Shown here in pieces: positions 59,500-64,000 of a stretch of 64,000 nt of DNA. This stretch comes from Amoebidium appalachense. Taxonomy: Eukaryota > Protista > Ichthyosporea. The number at the start of each line of letters is the position of its first letter. Position 1 is the stretch's first letter. Location of the stretch: assembly GCA_963693365.1 (NCBI GenBank), contig CAVNZM010000007.1, forward strand, positions 5,639,962-5,703,961. Direction: 5' to 3'. Under the pieces are notes generated by a model. It was not told the DNA's origin. It worked only from the letters and a program-made list of their open reading frames with translations, and did not search any database. A program made the position numbers and the translations under genes.

Positions 59500-62400
59500 C
59501 TTATGCACCCTGATGGAGGAGCACCCGTACCGGGCCGAGCAGGCCCCCCAGGTGACGGCTCGTATATACGAGCAGCAGTACGACGAGGGGAGGGACGAGA
59601 TGGTGTCCCGGACACTCGGCCAGAAACGTCTGGCCGCACGGTTCATCCCCGACGACGAGGACGAGAACAGCACCGACGACGTGGACGGGGAGCTCGAGGC
59701 CTTCACACGGCCGGAAAACGAGCTCGAGTATACGGCCCGGCTCGTCGGCCGATACCTGACGGCCGACCGGCGCCGTACCTTCCGGGCCCAGCTCAGAGAA
59801 TGGAAGTATACCTTTCCCACTTTAGATATGTCCCCCGTAGAAGCTCGTGCATTCTTTGAGAGGGAATATCGGGTCTTTGAAGACCTTTGTGAGTTAGCTG
59901 GTGACGTGAGTGATAGGGAAAAATTCGAGTTTGCTCGTAAGGCTCTCTCTGTAAACACAGACACTGCACGCATGTTTGGGGAGCATGATGATGTAGATGA
60001 GGTGGTGTTGCATGTTAAACGTCACTTGCTTGCCATGCACGAGGTGAAGTTCAATAAGAGGGATAAAAAGGAGGTGATGGAAGTAGACAAGAAAAAGAAG
60101 GAGAGTGGACAGAAGGGGGAAAAAGAGAAAAAAGAGGGTGAACAGCCAGATGCACTCACCATGTTGGTCAAGCAGGTTGCCGAGCTCTCCCAGGCCGTCT
60201 TTTCGGGCCGAGGGGGCTTCGGCTTCCGGGGTGGCCGTGGCGGCGACCGGGGTGGACACGGCGGTCGTGGCCGAGGTGGACGTGGAGGACAACAGCAGCA
60301 GTTCACCGAGAGGTTTGCCCCTTATCTTGCTCGTGGTGGTGAGCAGGGTAGAGGGAGGGGTGGAAATGGTGGTGAGAGAGGCCGAGGGGGGCAGGGGGGG
60401 AAGGGGGGGCCGTGGTGCACACGGTGGGCCCCCCCAGCATGACCGGGCTCCCGGTTATGCTTTGCGCCAAGGTTTTGAAGTCCCCCCTGGCCCCTTCTTT
60501 GATGCATGTTACTTTTGTGGCCGGCAAGGGCACTCTGCTGCATATTGCCGTAGTTACAAGAGCTATTGAGTTCCGGGGGAGGGGGAAGCTGGGGTCACTG
60601 AGGGAGGGGGGGGGACAGTATCGGTCCCCCCCAGGTTGCAGAGAACCTTTAACCTCCCCCACCCCAGGTTAAGCTTCCCTTTGCCCCCTCACCGCCCCGA
60701 TACGTGTGGGAGCCGGGCATCGTCGTGGGTCCTCAAGACAGCGTCGAGGTGGTATGGCATGAATGTTTGTGGGGTGACTCTACCAAAGGTATGAATGGTG
60801 TGAATGTTTTGTGGTTGGGGGAGGTTCCCCAGCCACAAGTGGATGGTCTCAGTGTTTCTTGTCCCAACCCGGTGTTTATTCTAACCACACCGGAGGGGGT
60901 TTCTGTGCCATTGTTTCCGGGAGGGGGGGGGGACACACACGAGTAAAGGGGGAAGGGGGGGGAAGGCACAGACACGTAGAAACACACCACCACAACAACA
61001 TACGACGGTTGCAGACACACCTACACCCACACACACACACACACCACCCACCCACACACCACAGACACACACTCCACCACCACCCACATCACATACACAC
61101 CCCACCCCACCCGTGCAGGCACCACAGGTAGGTATGTTGCACGTAGGTATCGAGGGTGTGAGTCTTCGTGGGCAGGGATTGGGTGTGAGTGATGATGTGT
61201 TGCTTGAATTGGAGGAGGATTTAGTTGGTTTTAGCCGGCATTATATAGACGTATGGTTAGCTGAGGGTAAGTTGAAGGCTGTTGCTTTGCTCGATGGAGG
61301 GGCTCAGGTTAATTGTGTGCATGCTTCGTTTATTCGTCGTTTTAATCAGGCCGGGGGGGAAATTCCTATTTTAGATGCTTCTAGCACAGCCTTAGGTAGT
61401 GCTAATAATAGTAGTATGTCTGTGGAAGGTGTTTGTGTGTTGCCGTGTGAGATAGGTGGCCAGGCTATGCATGTTGCTTGTTATGTGGTTAAGGATTTAG
61501 CTCAAAGTGTTTTGTTGGGAGCCCCATTTTTCCGTAGACATGTGAATGCTTTGTTTGAACGTACAAATGTTTTAGAATTGCAGTCCGGCGTTAAAATTAA
61601 AACCCATGATGGGCTCGACGGTTATCAGTCTGGTGCTAGAACGGTAGCTGAAGTAGTAATCGAGCCTTATCAGTGCCAAACGGTACGTGTCCGGGCCGGC
61701 AATCATGTTAGGATAGGGGATTTAGGGGTTTTTACTCCGAAAACCCCATTTCAGGAGGTGGCCCAATGGACCCTTAGTAGGGTATGGCCGGATAAGACAA
61801 TAGAAATAGAATTAGTGAATCCGGGCATCGAGCCTATAGTGATTAGGTCAGGTGTTTCCGTCGGTAGTTTCACTAATGAGATTGGTAGTATAGAGGTCTC
61901 TCTTATTACCCAAAAGGAGGATGCCGGCTCGAAGGGTGACTCAGGAGGAGGGGGAACAACTTTATTTAACGTTAGCCACCAAAATGTCACCCGACACGAT
62001 GGGGGGGGGGACCGGGACAGCACCGGTCCCACTCCCCCGACCCCCAAGAGGAAGGAGGGTCACCCCGGGTGTGAGAATGTGCAGGCAGGGGGGGAGGGTG
62101 TTGGTCTAACCCGTGGATCTGACGGGTTAACCAACACTGTGGGGGGCAGGGTGGCCACAGACCTAGTGGCCCCCCACATACATGCACTAACTCATCAGGA
62201 ATTGCCCGGGGGCATGGGTGTGCCGGGGGGAGGGGGGGGGTGCTAAGGGTGACCGCCTATATCCGGAGGTACCTCCACCTCACCCCGAGCAGCACCGATG
62301 TAATACAGGAGGTGAAATGTTAAGTGGCACTCCGGTGAATAAGGATGCATCCACTTGTGATGGGGGTAACCCGGAGTTAGTATTGCCGTTTGGTATGAAG

Positions 62401-64000
62401 GAGGGGGATTGGACGGTAGAACAGAAAAAATTGCTAGCTAAGTTATTTGATAGGACTCGGTTTGCATTTCTGGCCGATGATAACGAAGTAGGCTTCGTTA
62501 AAGGGTTTGAAATGCAGATCGACTCGCACAGGTGATAATAGGCCGGTAGTGATGCCTAGCTATAGAAAATGGGGCAGTATAAATTGTCGGATGCGCTAAT
62601 AATAGTGAGTGATATATTAAAAAAGGGTCATGTGGAGCATAGTTCGAGTCCGTGGAGAAGTCCGGTGCTATTGGTTAAGAAGCCCGACGGGTCTTGGCGT
62701 CTAGTGAACGATTACAGGGCTCTGAATCGGATCACTAAGGCAGACCAATGGCCCCTCCCTAACATAGACGAGCAGCTTTCACAGCTGCACGGCTATACTC
62801 ACTTTGCTAAACTTGATTTAAAAGCAGCTTTTTGGCAGATAAGGTTGGAGGAGAGCAGCAAGGAGAAGACTGCCTTTGCACTGGGTGACCAGCTGTTCCA
62901 GTACAAGGTGGTGCCGATGGGTTTGCTCTCCTCTCCAGCTATGTTGTGCCGGGTAATGTATAAAATTCTCCACCCTCATTTGGATGTATGCCACCCTTAT
63001 TTGGATGATGTTTTATTTAAAGGTAGGCCATTTGAGGAGCTAGTTAATAATTGTGAAAAAGTATTTTTAGCTTTGGGTGAGTCTGGTCTTCGCATTAGCG
63101 GTAGCAAGACTGTGATTGGTGTGCCGGAGGTTAAGTTTTTAGGTCATATTGTGTCTAGTAATGGTCTTTCCCCTGATCCGGAGAAAATCCGGGCCATAGT
63201 TGAGTGGCCCCGTCCTCAGACTGTCACTCAACTAAGGCAATTTTTAGGTTTAACTAATTATCTTCGTCGTTATATTAAGGATTATAGTATGCTTGCTTTG
63301 CCGTTAACTAGTCAGACGGGGGGGGAGAAGAAGAATAGAATAGATTGGAATGTTGATGCTGTTTCTGCTTTCGAAAAGCTTAAGTTAGCTTTGCAGTCTT
63401 CGAGTATGCTTGTTCATCCTGATTTTTCGGCCGGGGGGGGGATGTTTAAAGTTCGGTGTGATGCAAGTAAGGTTGCTGAGGGGGCCGTGTTATATCAAGT
63501 GCAGGAGGGGCAGGATAGAGTGATTGCTTATGCTAGTCGTTCATTTAGTAAAAGTGAACGTAGATATAGCAATCCGGAGAGAGAGTCCCATGCTATCTTT
63601 TGGGCAGTCTCACAGGCATGGAGGTATATACTCGCAGGCAGGACGTTTGAGGTCTACACCGACCACAAGCCCTGCCTAGCTGTCCATGGCCGGCACCACT
63701 CGTCTGGTCAACGAGAGGATGCAGAAGTGGGCCGCGGCTCTCGGTGAGTTCTCCTATAAATTGTTTTATGCCAAGGGTGAAACAATGGTTGACTGTGATG
63801 CTCTCTCTCGTGCTGCTTATATTTTGTTTGAAGAAGAGAAGGAGGGGGAGGGGGGGGATAGTGAGAGACGGGGGGGGGGAGGGGGGGAAGGGGGGAGAGT
63901 GAGCAGAAAGGAATAGATGCTGTGTCTGTGGATGTGTCTTCTTGGGTTCCGGGGTTGCTTGCTTATAAGTGTAGGAGAGGGGGGGGGAGGTATTTGTCAG
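59020..64000 (+). mobile_element. Ty3/gypsy LTR retrotransposon, degenerate (gag-PR-RT-RNaseH), truncated by the window edge
   Basis: gag 59513-60569 with an RGG-rich region and a frameshifted CCHC knuckle CYFCGRQGHSAAYC. Protease ALLDGGAQVNCV..VLLGAPF (61113-62246). RT SPWRSPVLLVKKPDGSWRLVNDYRALN..YLDDVL. RNase H CDASKVAEGAVLYQ..YTDHKP..DALSR (62569-63916). Frameshifts near 60420, 62235, 62530-62568 and 63680. Confidence 0.95.

Noticed and set aside
60420-62568. Programmed frameshifts in the gypsy element
   Set aside because: Several shifts fall in G or C homopolymers or are compensating indels, so decay or assembly error is the simpler explanation.

Overview
Eukaryotic genomic DNA with dense introns and many microsatellites. 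The gene content (POMT1/PMT4-like, ALKBH4, FBXW4-like) suggests a holozoan-like opisthokont, but this is inference only. Nearly all ORFs in the supplied track are artefacts of (GT)n, (GA)n and G/C runs. Reading exons by hand and checking intron phase gives four spliced genes: a ~26-exon protein O-mannosyltransferase (-, 3678-25501), a divergent ALKBH4 (+, ~26777-32485), a C3HC4 RING protein (-, 34356-39427) and an FBXW4-like F-box/WD40 protein (-, 44489-55501). Mobile DNA includes LINE fragments (1-980, 1987-2754, 39997-~40950), a 716-bp TIR element with a TA duplication and a bZIP-like cargo (43415-44130), and a nested LTR cluster ending in a degenerate Ty3/gypsy element (59020-64000). The most striking signal is a strand-oriented repeat pattern at splice sites. 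Very degenerate GT donors are usually followed at once by C-runs, and many acceptors have (CA)n directly before AG in place of a polypyrimidine tract. One required acceptor reads CG. Homopolymer lengths may be assembly artefacts, and all coordinates were counted by hand.
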